DNA from: Bdellovibrionia bacterium
GTDB lineage: Bacteria > Bdellovibrionota > UBA1018
Assembly (NCBI GenBank): GCA_045805065.1
Contig: JBJMMA010000029.1
Location: 1-12,294 of the forward strand
Length of the DNA: 12,294 bases
Reading direction: 5' to 3'
The stretch's first letter is position 1. Each line of letters begins with the position of its first letter. Positions 1 to 9,001 of the stretch are shown here, one piece after another. The notes beneath the pieces were generated by a model, which had not been told where the DNA came from, ran no database searches, and saw only the letters and a list, made by a program, of their open reading frames with translations. The position numbers and the translations under genes are program-made.

Positions 1-1335
1 CTTGTTCTGGAAGTTACCATCCGTCACATAGATGAACGGCTGGCCCCGGTTCGTGAGCTGGAACAAAAGCTTTTCTTTGATCTTCCGGTAATCGCGATCA
101 GCGATTTCGTATTGATTCGTTCTACGATTGAACTGATAGGTATAAAGCTTCAGTCGCTCGCAGAATTCCTCAGTCATGTACTCATCGATGAAGGTGACGT
201 CGTTGCAGACCTTACGAACTTCAAAGATCTTCTGACGGCCCAGGCCCAGCTTCTTATCCCATTTCGCTTTGACGACCATGTCATCGCATTCGTCGTATTC
301 TTTACCAAAGCGGCCCTTGTCCCAACGCTCTTCGATCTCACGGAAGAGCTCAACACCGATTTTATACGGATTGATCTGGCCTGGCTGCATCGCGAGAACG
401 CCTGCGTTGTGATCGCAGAAATCAATCAGCTCAGAGTCTTTCAATGCCCTTTGAGTGAGGATCTTGGTGTGCCAGTAAGAGGCCCAGCCTTCGTTCATGA
501 TTTTGGTCTGACCCTGAGGCGCAAAATAATAAGCCTCATCCCGGACAATGGAGAGCACGTCGTGCTGCCATTGCTCAAGCGGCGCGTTCTGAAGCAAGAA
601 CAAAAGAACGTCCTTCTCAGGAGAAGCAGGGTTCTTTCGGCTTTGCTTGTTCTGCTGCTCAAGCTTCTTTCTTTGCTCTTCGAGGAACTCAGGCGGGTTC
701 ATGAACTTGTCCATATAAGGACGATCCACGCGAATCCTGCCTGGCTCCTGGGCTTGCGGCTCTTTTTCTTCCTCAAGAAGACTTGTTCCCGCAAGGCCCG
801 TGTTTTTCACAGGTGCAAAGGGAAGAAAAGGATCGATCAGGTTTTCAATCGCCAGGCAATGATCGATGAAATCCTCGACCGTATCCTGGCCATAGCGATC
901 CATATAGTTACGGATCTTGACCGCATGATTGGCCATCGCATCCAGCATCTTGCGATTGGTCTTTGAGAACCAGTAGTTGTTCTTGAAGAAATCGACGTGA
1001 CCATACACGTGCGCCATCACGGTCTTCTGGTCGACCATGCTGTTGGCTTTCATCAGATACGCGTACGAGGGATCGGTGTTGATCACCATTTCGTAGATCT
1101 TTTGAAGACCCCACGAATAGCCCTTGTCGAGCTGATCGTATTCCATCCCAAAGCGCCAGTGCGGGTAACGAACAGGAAAGCCCCCCAGCGCGGCCAGGGA
1201 GTTGATCTGGTCAGAGTCGACCATCTCAAAGATGATCTCAAACGCATCGAGACCATAAGACTCGGCGTATCCGCGAATCTCTTCATGAAGCTTCTGTAAC
1301 TCAGGAGTCAGTGAACTGCTGCCGTAGTCACTCAT
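1..1335 (-). CDS. spoVR: SpoVR/YcgB family protein (3'-truncated by window edge)
   Basis: Not in the ORF track because it has no stop in the window. Manual translation from ATG at 1335, 3 nt after the yeaH stop, is open for 445 codons to position 1: [30 protein letters not shown]... It contains the family motifs [62 protein letters not shown] and INPYKIG. Its position after prkA-yeaH fits. Confidence 0.95.
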   Translation of the reverse strand, partial: MSDYGSSSLTPELQKLHEEIRGYAESYGLDAFEIIFEMVDSDQINSLAALGGFPVRYPHWRFGMEYDQLDKGYSWGLQKIYEMVINTDPSYAYLMKANSMVDQKTVMAHVYGHVDFFKNNYWFSKTNRKMLDAMANHAVKIRNYMDRYGQDTVEDFIDHCLAIENLIDPFLPFAPVKNTGLAGTSLLEEEKEPQAQEPGRIRVDRPYMDKFMNPPEFLEEQRKKLEQQNKQSRKNPASPEKDVLLFLLQNAPLEQWQHDVLSIVRDEAYYFAPQGQTKIMNEGWASYWHTKILTQRALKDSELIDFCDHNAGVLAMQPGQINPYKIGVELFREIEERWDKGRFGKEYDECDDMVVKAKWDKKLGLGRQKIFEVRKVCNDVTFIDEYMTEEFCERLKLYTYQFNRRTNQYEIADRDYRKIKEKLLFQLTNRGQPFIYVTDGNFQNK

Positions 1336-1338
1336 CGA

Positions 1339-2451
1339 TCACTTACCCTTTCCGAGGAAGTCTTTGATGGAGCCCAGGATGCCTTCCTTGTTTTCGATCT
1401 TGGAAAGAATCACGGACTCATGTTCCTTACCGAAATGCTCCTTGAGATCCTTATAGAACTGGCCTGAGCCGTAGCGGCTCTCGACCTGGCCGTAGCAAAA
1501 CACGTTACTGAGAGGAAGAAGCGTCTTCTCTAAGATATCCAAGCAAAGGCGCGTATCTTCACCTGACCAGTTATCGCCGTCTGAAAAATGGAACGGATAG
1601 ATGTTCCACTCGGATGGACCATAATCGGTTTGAATGATCTTTTCGCAAAGCTTGTAAGCGGAGCTGATGAGCGTACCGCCCGACTCACGTGTTCTGAAGA
1701 AAGTATCTTCATCGACTTCGCGTGCCGTTGCATCGTGGATGATGTAGCGGGTTTCAATTCCCTTGTACTGGGATCTGAGCCAGGTATCGATCCAGAACGC
1801 CTCCGTACGGACGATTTCCTTTTGCTCATCACCCATGGAGCCCGAGACGTCCATCATGTAGATAATGACGGCTGAGTTCTCATGGCGCTCATCGGTCTTC
1901 CAAGACCGGTAACGGAAATCTTGTGGATGCGGGACGATGATCGGGTTGGTTGGATCGTAAGTGCCTGTCGCGATTTGACGTTTGAGCGCTTCCTTAAAGG
2001 TGCGCTTGAAGTGTCTCAGCGAATTAGGACCTTGGTTTGCGATCGCGGTATAACGATCAGTCTTGGATTTGACCGTCTTATGGCCGCGAGGCTCAATCTT
2101 TGGAAGCGCAAGCTGCTCACCCAGGATCTCAGCAAGCTCTTGAAGCGTCAGATCCACTTCCAGCAGATGCTCGCCGCCCTGATTACCTGCTTCACCTTGG
2201 CCTGGTTGTGGTTCACCCTGGCCGACTGGATCGCCTGCCTTACCATCACCCTGGCCCGTGCCGCCTTGTTCGCGGTCACCGAAACGAAAGCGCGGAATTT
2301 CGATTTGTGGAATCGGGATCGTAACCGTGTCTTTTCCCTTACGGCCGATCATCTCGCCGTGGGTCACGTACTTTTTGAGGTCTTGCTTGATCTTTCCCTT
2401 CACGATCGAACGGAAGCGGGAATGATCTCGTTTAATATTGTAGATACTCAT
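1339..2451 (-). CDS. yeaH: YeaH/YhbH (DUF444/UPF0229) protein with vWA-like C-terminal domain
   Basis: 370 aa with N-terminal DHSRF...[11 protein letters not shown], a Gly/Gln-rich linker and MIDAS-type motifs [13 protein letters not shown] and FSDGDNW. AAAGGG SD-like sequence before the ATG. Lies directly downstream of prkA. Confidence 0.93.
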   Translation of the reverse strand: MSIYNIKRDHSRFRSIVKGKIKQDLKKYVTHGEMIGRKGKDTVTIPIPQIEIPRFRFGDREQGGTGQGDGKAGDPVGQGEPQPGQGEAGNQGGEHLLEVDLTLQELAEILGEQLALPKIEPRGHKTVKSKTDRYTAIANQGPNSLRHFKRTFKEALKRQIATGTYDPTNPIIVPHPQDFRYRSWKTDERHENSAVIIYMMDVSGSMGDEQKEIVRTEAFWIDTWLRSQYKGIETRYIIHDATAREVDEDTFFRTRESGGTLISSAYKLCEKIIQTDYGPSEWNIYPFHFSDGDNWSGEDTRLCLDILEKTLLPLSNVFCYGQVESRYGSGQFYKDLKEHFGKEHESVILSKIENKEGILGSIKDFLGKGK

Positions 2452-2502
2452 TTGTACCCTTTATTCGCGTTGTTCAAACCTCAAATTCCGTTGGAACACT
2501 CT

Positions 2503-2526
2503 GGGCTGGACCGTGAGATCCAGCCC
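2503..2526 (-). other. Intergenic RNA stem-loop after prkA (no U-tract)
   Basis: Minus-strand RNA GGGCUGGAUC-UCAC-GGUCCAGCCC forms a 10-bp stem with one U-G pair. It can extend by ACUC/GAGU outer pairing. Confidence 0.65.
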
Positions 2527-2543
2527 CCGAGTTAAAGCCTGGC

Positions 2544-4658
2544 TTACTGACGCTTCTTCACGTCGCCGCGAGCAAAGATGCTTGCGACGAAGTTCAGAAC
2601 GTCGGTCGAGCAGATTTCGCAGTAGCCGTAGTTGTTGATCAGACGGGTCTTGACCACGTCGATCTTCTCCTGCGTCGTGCGGTCCACCACGTTGGAAACC
2701 AACGAGGTGAGCTTGATCGTGTCCTTCTGGTCTTCGAAGAGCTTGAGCTCGAGAGCCTTGTGCAGGCGCTCGTTCGTCTTGTAATCGAAAGTGCGGCCGT
2801 CGATCGCAAGAGCACCGATGTAGTTCATGATCTCGCGACGGAAATCGTCCTTGCGAGACTCAGGAATATCGATCTTCTCTTCGATCGAACGCATGAGCCG
2901 CTCATCTGGCTCCTCGTCCATGCCGGTATACTTGTTCTTCACGCGCTCGCGTTGAGTATAAGCCTTGATGTTATCGATGTAGTTTGCGCAGAGCTTGGAG
3001 ATCGCGTCTTCGTCAGCCGAGATCGCACGCTGGACTTCGTTCTTCACGATGTCCTCGTACTCCTGCTTCACTACAGCGAGCATCTCGCGATACTCACGGC
3101 GCTTTTCATCGGAGCCGACGAGAGCGTGATTCTTCAGGCCGCCTTCAAGCTCGTTCATGACCATGAACGGATTGACGCAACCCACTTCGCCCGCCTTGTC
3201 GTTGACCAAAGCGTTGGAGATCTTATCCTGAACGTAACGAGGGCTGATGCCTTCGAGACCTTCGCGGACAGCTTCCTTACGAAGCTCCTTCACGTTGTCT
3301 TCGGTATAACCGGTGAGAGTCTTGCCGTCATAAAGCTTCAACTTCTGCATCAGCGAGAGGTTGGCTTTCTTTGGCTGCTCAAGACGGGTCATGATCGCCC
3401 ACATTGCCGCTACTTCAATGGTGTGTGGAGCGATGTGCTTGCCCTTGACCTTAGTGGTGTTGAAGTCCTTTTCGTAGATCTTCGTCTCTTGCTTGAGCTT
3501 CGTGATGTACGGAATGTCGATCTTCACCGTACGGTCGCGCAGAGCTTCCATGAACTCGTTGTTCTGAAGCTTCTTGAACTCAGGCTCATTGGTGTGGCCG
3601 ATAATGACTTCGTCGATATCGGTTTGAGCGAACTTCTTAGGCTTGATCTTGTGCTCTTGAGAAGCACCGAGCAAGTCGTAGAGGAACGCCACATCGAGCT
3701 TCAGGACTTCGATGAACTCAACCACGCCGCGGTTTGCGACGTTGAATTCGCCGTCGAAGTTGAAAGCGCGCGGATCGGAGTCCGATCCGTATTCCGCGAT
3801 CTTACGGTAGTTGATATCACCCGTAAGTTCGGTGGAATCCTGGTTCTTTTCGTCCTTCGGTTGGAACGTACCGATACCAATACGATCTTTTTCGGAAAGA
3901 ACAAGGCGCTCAACGCGGATGTGGTTTTTGACCACTTGCATCCAGTCGCCTTTGTACTTCTTGAGGAACTCTTTCATCACGAAACGGCAGAACGGATTGA
4001 GATCACCTTTAATGTTGATCTTATATTCCGTCTTGTTTCCGCGATTGAGCTCTTCCAAAATCTTTGGACGCATATCATCCGGGATGAGCTTCAGAGGATC
4101 GTCATGCATTGGGCTTCTGACTTCTTTTTGGGAGCCCAGGATTCCTGAGTTCGTGTCATCGATCCAACGATACGTGTACATGGCGCCTTCGTCCGTGCGC
4201 GAATATCTCTCAACGCCCTTCTTGAGCACGCGTGCGATCGTGGATTTCGAGGAGCCGACCGGTCCGTGCAGGAGAAGAACGCGCTTTTCAGTTCCATAAC
4301 CGAAAGCAGCGGACTTGAAGAAATGCACCAATTTCATCAACGGAACATCGAGGCCGAAGACGGCGTCTTTTCCGTGATCAATCGGGTCTTCGAAAAACTT
4401 GTATTGAACGATGTTCTTTTTGTACTCAACGTAGGAATTGGTTCCATACGAGAGAATCATGTCGTAAACGCGTTGGAACGCGTTCCGGCAGACTGCTGGA
4501 TTCTTCTTTACGATATCCAGGTACTCAAGGAACGTTCCTTCCCAATGAAGGTTACGAAACTCCTGAACCGAGTTCCAATCCCCTAAAATCTTGTTCCAAT
4601 CATTTTTGCTATCTTTATCTGAGCCCATATCGGTTCCACGAGTGGTGTTCGACGCCAT
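2544..4658 (-). CDS. prkA: PrkA/YeaG family AAA+ ATPase / serine protein kinase
   Basis: 704 aa with [10 protein letters not shown]...[11 protein letters not shown], Walker [50 protein letters not shown] and [17 protein letters not shown] lies upstream of the ATG at 4658. Confidence 0.96.
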   Translation of the reverse strand: MASNTTRGTDMGSDKDSKNDWNKILGDWNSVQEFRNLHWEGTFLEYLDIVKKNPAVCRNAFQRVYDMILSYGTNSYVEYKKNIVQYKFFEDPIDHGKDAVFGLDVPLMKLVHFFKSAAFGYGTEKRVLLLHGPVGSSKSTIARVLKKGVERYSRTDEGAMYTYRWIDDTNSGILGSQKEVRSPMHDDPLKLIPDDMRPKILEELNRGNKTEYKINIKGDLNPFCRFVMKEFLKKYKGDWMQVVKNHIRVERLVLSEKDRIGIGTFQPKDEKNQDSTELTGDINYRKIAEYGSDSDPRAFNFDGEFNVANRGVVEFIEVLKLDVAFLYDLLGASQEHKIKPKKFAQTDIDEVIIGHTNEPEFKKLQNNEFMEALRDRTVKIDIPYITKLKQETKIYEKDFNTTKVKGKHIAPHTIEVAAMWAIMTRLEQPKKANLSLMQKLKLYDGKTLTGYTEDNVKELRKEAVREGLEGISPRYVQDKISNALVNDKAGEVGCVNPFMVMNELEGGLKNHALVGSDEKRREYREMLAVVKQEYEDIVKNEVQRAISADEDAISKLCANYIDNIKAYTQRERVKNKYTGMDEEPDERLMRSIEEKIDIPESRKDDFRREIMNYIGALAIDGRTFDYKTNERLHKALELKLFEDQKDTIKLTSLVSNVVDRTTQEKIDVVKTRLINNYGYCEICSTDVLNFVASIFARGDVKKRQ

Positions 4659-4773
4659 GAGATATCCTCGAATCTGTGAATTTTTAACTCCCCGAATCCT
4701 TCCACCATTTTACCTGGATCGGCACCGCGCTGTAAAGTTGGCGCTGCGATTAGTTTTTTTTAAAGCAGCTCGT

Positions 4774-4803
4774 TTCAAACTCTTTCAACTGGCAGTCTAT
4801 AAT
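4774..4803 (+). promoter_or_regulatory. Putative sigma70-type promoter for the PP2C-M23 operon
   Basis: TTCAAA (4774-4779), 18-nt spacer, then a perfect TATAAT (4798-4803) in the divergent intergenic region. Confidence 0.4.
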
Positions 4804-4840
4804 CGAACCGCTTTACTCTGTCATTTTCTTGCCGCTATTG

Positions 4841-4858
4841 AATCAAACAGCTTGCCAA
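4841..4858 (-). promoter_or_regulatory. Possible sigma54 (-24/-12)-like promoter facing prkA
   Basis: The minus strand reads TTGGCAAGCTGTTTGATT: TGGCA at -24 with correct GG-N10 spacing, but TTGA instead of TTGC at -12. Confidence 0.3.
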
Positions 4859-4954
4859 ATCTCTGCCTGACCGGGGTTTTTCTCTCAGAATTTTTCTCCC
4901 GAACTTTTTTGCTTGGAAACATGCGGCCTTATCATTGAGAATGGAGTCCTACCT

Positions 4955-5797
4955 ATGGATTCGCCTGTGGCAAACTCTGAATCGCAGGTCACCTTGCCTT
5001 CGTCGCCCGTTGTGAGCGATCGCTTTCGCGTTGGATTTGCAACGGATATCGGTCGTCGCCGCTCGCAGAATCAGGACAACCTCGCCATAGCAGCCGACTT
5101 AGGTCTTTTCATGGTCGCCGATGGCATGGGTGGTCATCAGGGCGGCGAAATCGCAAGCTCGATTGCTACGCAAGTCGTCCCAAGGATTGTTCGTGAAGGA
5201 CAGGTGAACTCTTCCTGGGATCCACGCCTTTTGGTTTCACACGCCATTCGAAACGCCAACGCCGCTATTTACAAGCGAGCGCTCGAAACTCCAAGCCTTC
5301 ACGGCATGGGCACCACTACCACAGCCCTTCTATTCAAAAACGACCATCTTTATATTGGTCATGTCGGCGATAGCCGCTGTTATCTTTTCCGAAACGGATC
5401 TCCAAGCGAACTCGCCTGCTGGCAAGTCACACGCGATCATTCACTTGTTCAGGAAAAACTCCGCGCGGGCCTCATCACGCGCGACGAAATCAAAACCGAT
5501 CGCATGAAGAACGTGATCACGCGTTCCGTAGGCTTTGAGCAGGATGTGAACGTTGAAACTTACCACGTGCTGACCAAACCCGGCGACGTTTTCCTGATTT
5601 GCTCGGACGGGCTCTCGGGCCTGATCAATGAGAAAGAAATTCTCCAGATCGTCCGCACCGAACTTTCGAAGTTCGAGTCGAATAACCCCCCTCACCTTGG
5701 CGCGCAGGTAGAGCAAACTGTTCGTCAACTAATTGCGGCTGCCAATGCAAATGGAGGTGATGACAACATCACTTCTGTTGTGATCGAGGTTTTATGA
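4955..5797 (+). CDS. PP2C/PPM-family Ser/Thr protein phosphatase (Stp1/PrpC-like)
   Basis: Motifs TDIGRRRSQNQD, VADGMGGHQGGE, GMGTT, HVGDSRCY, TRDHS, ICSDGL and GGDDNIT. The start is more likely ATG 4955 (GGAG at 4943-4946, 8-nt spacing, 280 aa) than the TTG at 4913 in the track. Confidence 0.95.
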   Translation: MDSPVANSESQVTLPSSPVVSDRFRVGFATDIGRRRSQNQDNLAIAADLGLFMVADGMGGHQGGEIASSIATQVVPRIVREGQVNSSWDPRLLVSHAIRNANAAIYKRALETPSLHGMGTTTTALLFKNDHLYIGHVGDSRCYLFRNGSPSELACWQVTRDHSLVQEKLRAGLITRDEIKTDRMKNVITRSVGFEQDVNVETYHVLTKPGDVFLICSDGLSGLINEKEILQIVRTELSKFESNNPPHLGAQVEQTVRQLIAAANANGGDDNITSVVIEVL

Positions 5798-6936
5798 ATT
5801 TGAACAAGTTTTATACGATCATGATCGTCCCGGAGAAAACCTCGCAGGTTCGCCGCCTGATCATTCCGGCCTGGATTGTTCGCTCGGCTGCCGTGGGAAT
5901 GGCGTTCGTGATCCTTCTGAGCCTGGTGATGTTTTATGATTACTGGCGCGTCATGGGCGAAATCTCTGAAAATAAGCAGCTCAAAATGGAGAACCGCCGC
6001 CTTCGCCAGCAGGTTCAGGTTTTCAAGAACAAGGTCGCAACCATTGAGAGTACGATGGAGCGCGTAAAGACATTTGCAACGCGCCTCAAAGTCATCACCA
6101 ATATCGAAGATCGCGGTGGTCTACTTCAAAGCCTCAATCAACAGCAGCCCCCGGATTCTTCAGCTGGTCTCCCGAGCGAGTCAGGTCTGGCCGATGCTAA
6201 ACCAAAACTGATTTCACCAAATCTAATTTCAGACGATACTCAGGATGTAAAAGAGGCGAAAGTCATCAAAACTTCCGCAACTCAAGGCACAGCAACGACG
6301 AGCGCGCCAACAGCAGCTACCGTTCCGTCAACAGCAGCCCCTGCTGTTCCCACGGCTCCAGCTGCCCCAACTGCTATGAACGACTTGCCGTTGGATCCGG
6401 AAGATCCGGAAGACGTTCTTTTGCATCGCGACTATGAGGAGCTGGATCAGCACTTCACGTTTCTCAATCACGAATCGCTCTTTGTCGAAACTGAGCTTCA
6501 GGATCTCTACGAGCTCTTGGGTGACCAGAAAGCGTTCCTCTCTGCGCTTCCAACCCGAAAGCCAGCCGAGGGCTATTTCAGCTCAGGCTTTGGCGTGCGT
6601 AAGTCCCCCATCGGTGGCAAAGTCAAAATGCATGAAGGCGTCGACATCGCCAATCGCTTAGGAACTTCCATCCGCGTGCCTGCCGACGGTGTCGTCGTGT
6701 TTGCTGCCGTTAAGGCAGGTTACGGCCAGACGGTCGTCATTGACCATGGCTATGGTCTTGAAACCTGGTACGGACACGCCAAAAAGCTTCTGGTCAACAA
6801 AGGCCAGCATGTGCGCCGTGGCGAAGTCATCGCTCAAATGGGGAACAGTGGCCGCTCCACTGGTCCTCACGTCCATTACGAAGTCCGTGTGAATGGATTT
6901 CCGGTCAATCCGATCTCTTACATATTAGAGAACTGA
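5794..6936 (+). CDS. Membrane-anchored M23 (LytM) family metallopeptidase with coiled coil
   Basis: Short N-terminal segment, one hydrophobic helix (AVGMAFVILLSLVMF), coiled coil, low-complexity insert, then a C-terminal M23 domain with intact zinc motifs HEGVD (HxxxD) and GPHVHYE (HxH). ATGA overlap with the phosphatase stop. Confidence 0.93.
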   Translation: MNLNKFYTIMIVPEKTSQVRRLIIPAWIVRSAAVGMAFVILLSLVMFYDYWRVMGEISENKQLKMENRRLRQQVQVFKNKVATIESTMERVKTFATRLKVITNIEDRGGLLQSLNQQQPPDSSAGLPSESGLADAKPKLISPNLISDDTQDVKEAKVIKTSATQGTATTSAPTAATVPSTAAPAVPTAPAAPTAMNDLPLDPEDPEDVLLHRDYEELDQHFTFLNHESLFVETELQDLYELLGDQKAFLSALPTRKPAEGYFSSGFGVRKSPIGGKVKMHEGVDIANRLGTSIRVPADGVVVFAAVKAGYGQTVVIDHGYGLETWYGHAKKLLVNKGQHVRRGEVIAQMGNSGRSTGPHVHYEVRVNGFPVNPISYILEN

Positions 6937-6947
6937 TTCTTTAAGCA

Positions 6948-6976
6948 GCGAGCTTTGTCTAGGGACTAGACATCGC
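6948..6976. promoter_or_regulatory. Palindrome/hairpin between the M23 and LtaS-like genes
   Basis: Perfect TGTCTAG-GGA-CTAGACA (6956-6972) with outer GCGA/TCGC and no U-tract. Confidence 0.45.
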
Positions 6977-7002
6977 GGCTCAAAGGAATAAGATCTTCAG
7001 CC

Positions 7003-8949
7003 ATGGCAGCGATTGCATTCATGCTTTCAATCGCCATGCTTCGCCTTGAGCAATTGAGAATTACGCATCTTGACTGGCCCCATGCTCAAAGCGCAGGTTT
7101 AATAGCCGGCTTAACCGCCGACCTCGCGCTTGTTTTGTGCATTTGCGGCTTTCAAAGAGCGGCCTCAGTGACTGGGCCTCGCATCGGCAAAATATCTTCG
7201 ATCCTTTTTTCAGCAGCGATCTGGACGCTTTTAGCTGCCAATATCTGTTATTTTTCTTTCTTCCAAAGCGAGCTTTATCTTTGGATTGCCACGTCCTACA
7301 GCGAGAACGCCTGGTCCATTCGCAACGTGGCTCTGCGCCTCCTGGAGCGCCCTTACATCCTTGCAAGCTTTACTCTCTTTTTACTGGGAGCCGCAGCCAT
7401 GGGTTTCAGAAAATGGGAAGCTCAAAGACTCAAACACGCAGCCACCGGCGCACTTCTCATTACTGCAGCACTCATCATCCGACAGTCGCCTCATTGGAAC
7501 TTCGTTGCCAAATGGTTTGAAAACCCTCAGATCTCCGAATCGATTTTCGCCAACAACATTGCCTGGCGATGGGTGGATGACATTGAGAACCATCGTTGGA
7601 ACAAGAGAGTTCCCATCGAAAGGTACGAAAAAATTCTGCCAGAAGCCCCAAGACTTCTGGCCCAGTACTCTCAAATCAACTCAGAACAGCAACGGCGCGT
7701 CGACGTTTCAAAGAAACTTCGCAAGCTTTTAGGCTTTTCCGAAAACCAGAAACTCAATTTCGTCATCCTGTTTCTGGAAAGCGGCAGAGCGTATGAACTT
7801 TTATCCCCCAAGACTTCGAACGAAGTTTATCCCGAGTTTCGTAAAGTCCTGGCTCACCATGGCATTCTTTTTCGCCAGGCCTACTCCATGGCCAACTACA
7901 CGGTTCAGGGCCAGTTCTCCACGCTCTGCTCCCGAATGGATCGCTTTGACACAGCCCCGACTTACAGTCGTCAGCCTTATGCCAAGGTCACCTGTCTTCC
8001 TTCTCTCTTCAAGGAGAACGGCTATGACACTTATTGGATGAATCCTTATCACCGCTACTTTGGCGGCAAGTACGTTTTTGAAACCAATCACGGAACGGAT
8101 CACTTCCTGGATCGTGAGTTTTTTGTTCCGCGCACGTCAGAAGAAGCCAAGGCCTCGCGCGAGTGGGGCGTAAGCGACGATACCTTTTTATCGGAAGCCA
8201 TTGAGAAACTGGAAAGCATTCACCAGGATGGAAAGCCCTTCTTCGCGCATCTCCTCACAACGGGAACTCACGCACCGTGGCAAACGCTTCCCGATTATCC
8301 GCTGTCCACAGAAATGCAGATATGGAGCGAGGGAAACTCCGATTACGCCGGTTACCTCTCCTCGGCGCGCGGGCTGGATCATGCCTTAGGAAAGTTCTTT
8401 GATCGCTTCTTCAAAAGCCCGCTCGCAAAAGACACCGTGATTGTAGTGATGGGTGATCATGGAACGGGAATCGCCCCGCCGCATGCAGAGCTCAGCCAAC
8501 TTCAGACCAATTTACTCTGGCCAAGAATTATCTTGAGCGTCATTTCAAAGGACCTGCAAACTCCAAAAGTCGTGACACACCCTGTCCATCAAATGGATGT
8601 CGCACCGCTACTCACTTCCATTGCTGGAATTTCTCAGCCCAGGTCCTGGCTGGGTCGAGAGCCACTCATTTCAGGGCAGGGTACACTTTGGGTCAAGCGC
8701 AACGGCAATCGTTTTCTTTACCGCACTCAGGACCGACTTTGCGGAAAGTTAAGCGGCTCAAAGCCACTTCTGTGCTGGCACTTTGCCGCTCAGATAGATC
8801 CGATGTTTGGGAGCGAGCCACATTTAATTTCAGAGAACAAAGAGCAAACTCTTTGGTTCAAGTCGGTCATTGATGCAAACGAAGCCTTACTCGAACTAGC
8901 GGGCGGTGACGCATCTGCTCTCTCGCCGTCTCTCTCCAATAAAATGTAG
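7003..8949 (+). CDS. LTA-synthase (LtaS)/phosphoglycerol-transferase-like membrane protein, alkaline phosphatase/sulfatase superfamily
   Basis: About five N-terminal hydrophobic segments, then a soluble domain with ILFLESG, a candidate catalytic Thr (ANYTVQGQF), LTTGTHAPW, VMGDHG and HQMDVAPLL. These match the order of the LtaS-family metal-binding motifs. Confidence 0.82.
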   Translation: MAAIAFMLSIAMLRLEQLRITHLDWPHAQSAGLIAGLTADLALVLCICGFQRAASVTGPRIGKISSILFSAAIWTLLAANICYFSFFQSELYLWIATSYSENAWSIRNVALRLLERPYILASFTLFLLGAAAMGFRKWEAQRLKHAATGALLITAALIIRQSPHWNFVAKWFENPQISESIFANNIAWRWVDDIENHRWNKRVPIERYEKILPEAPRLLAQYSQINSEQQRRVDVSKKLRKLLGFSENQKLNFVILFLESGRAYELLSPKTSNEVYPEFRKVLAHHGILFRQAYSMANYTVQGQFSTLCSRMDRFDTAPTYSRQPYAKVTCLPSLFKENGYDTYWMNPYHRYFGGKYVFETNHGTDHFLDREFFVPRTSEEAKASREWGVSDDTFLSEAIEKLESIHQDGKPFFAHLLTTGTHAPWQTLPDYPLSTEMQIWSEGNSDYAGYLSSARGLDHALGKFFDRFFKSPLAKDTVIVVMGDHGTGIAPPHAELSQLQTNLLWPRIILSVISKDLQTPKVVTHPVHQMDVAPLLTSIAGISQPRSWLGREPLISGQGTLWVKRNGNRFLYRTQDRLCGKLSGSKPLLCWHFAAQIDPMFGSEPHLISENKEQTLWFKSVIDANEALLELAGGDASALSPSLSNKM

Positions 8950-9001
8950 CGCAGATGCTCGCAATTCCAACTCTTTCTATTCACTTTTGACATCTTTCTA
9001 G

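Noticed and set aside
112..1299. Plus-strand ORFs 112..966 and 997..1299
   Set aside because: Shadows of the real minus-strand spoVR gene that the ORF track missed.
1588..2535. Plus-strand ORFs 1588..1875 and 1882..2535
   Set aside because: Antisense to yeaH, with no motifs or convincing RBS.
2760..4148. 462-aa plus-strand ORF opposite prkA
   Set aside because: Antisense shadow of a well-conserved gene caused by codon bias.
1..4658. spoVR/prkA/yhbH as evidence of endospore formation
   Set aside because: These families are widespread in non-sporulating bacteria (E. coli yeaG, yeaH, ycgB), and nothing else here indicates sporulation.
4841..4854. Possible IHF site AATCAAACAGCTTG
   Set aside because: Spacing is one base off the WATCAA-N4-TTR consensus, too weak to call.
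4591..4938. 115-aa ORF spanning the divergent intergenic region
   Set aside because: TTG start inside prkA antisense, no SD, and Phe/Leu-rich composition from T-rich promoter DNA.
4913..4954. TTG start for the PP2C gene given in the ORF track
   Set aside because: No SD. ATG at 4955 has a well-spaced GGAG.
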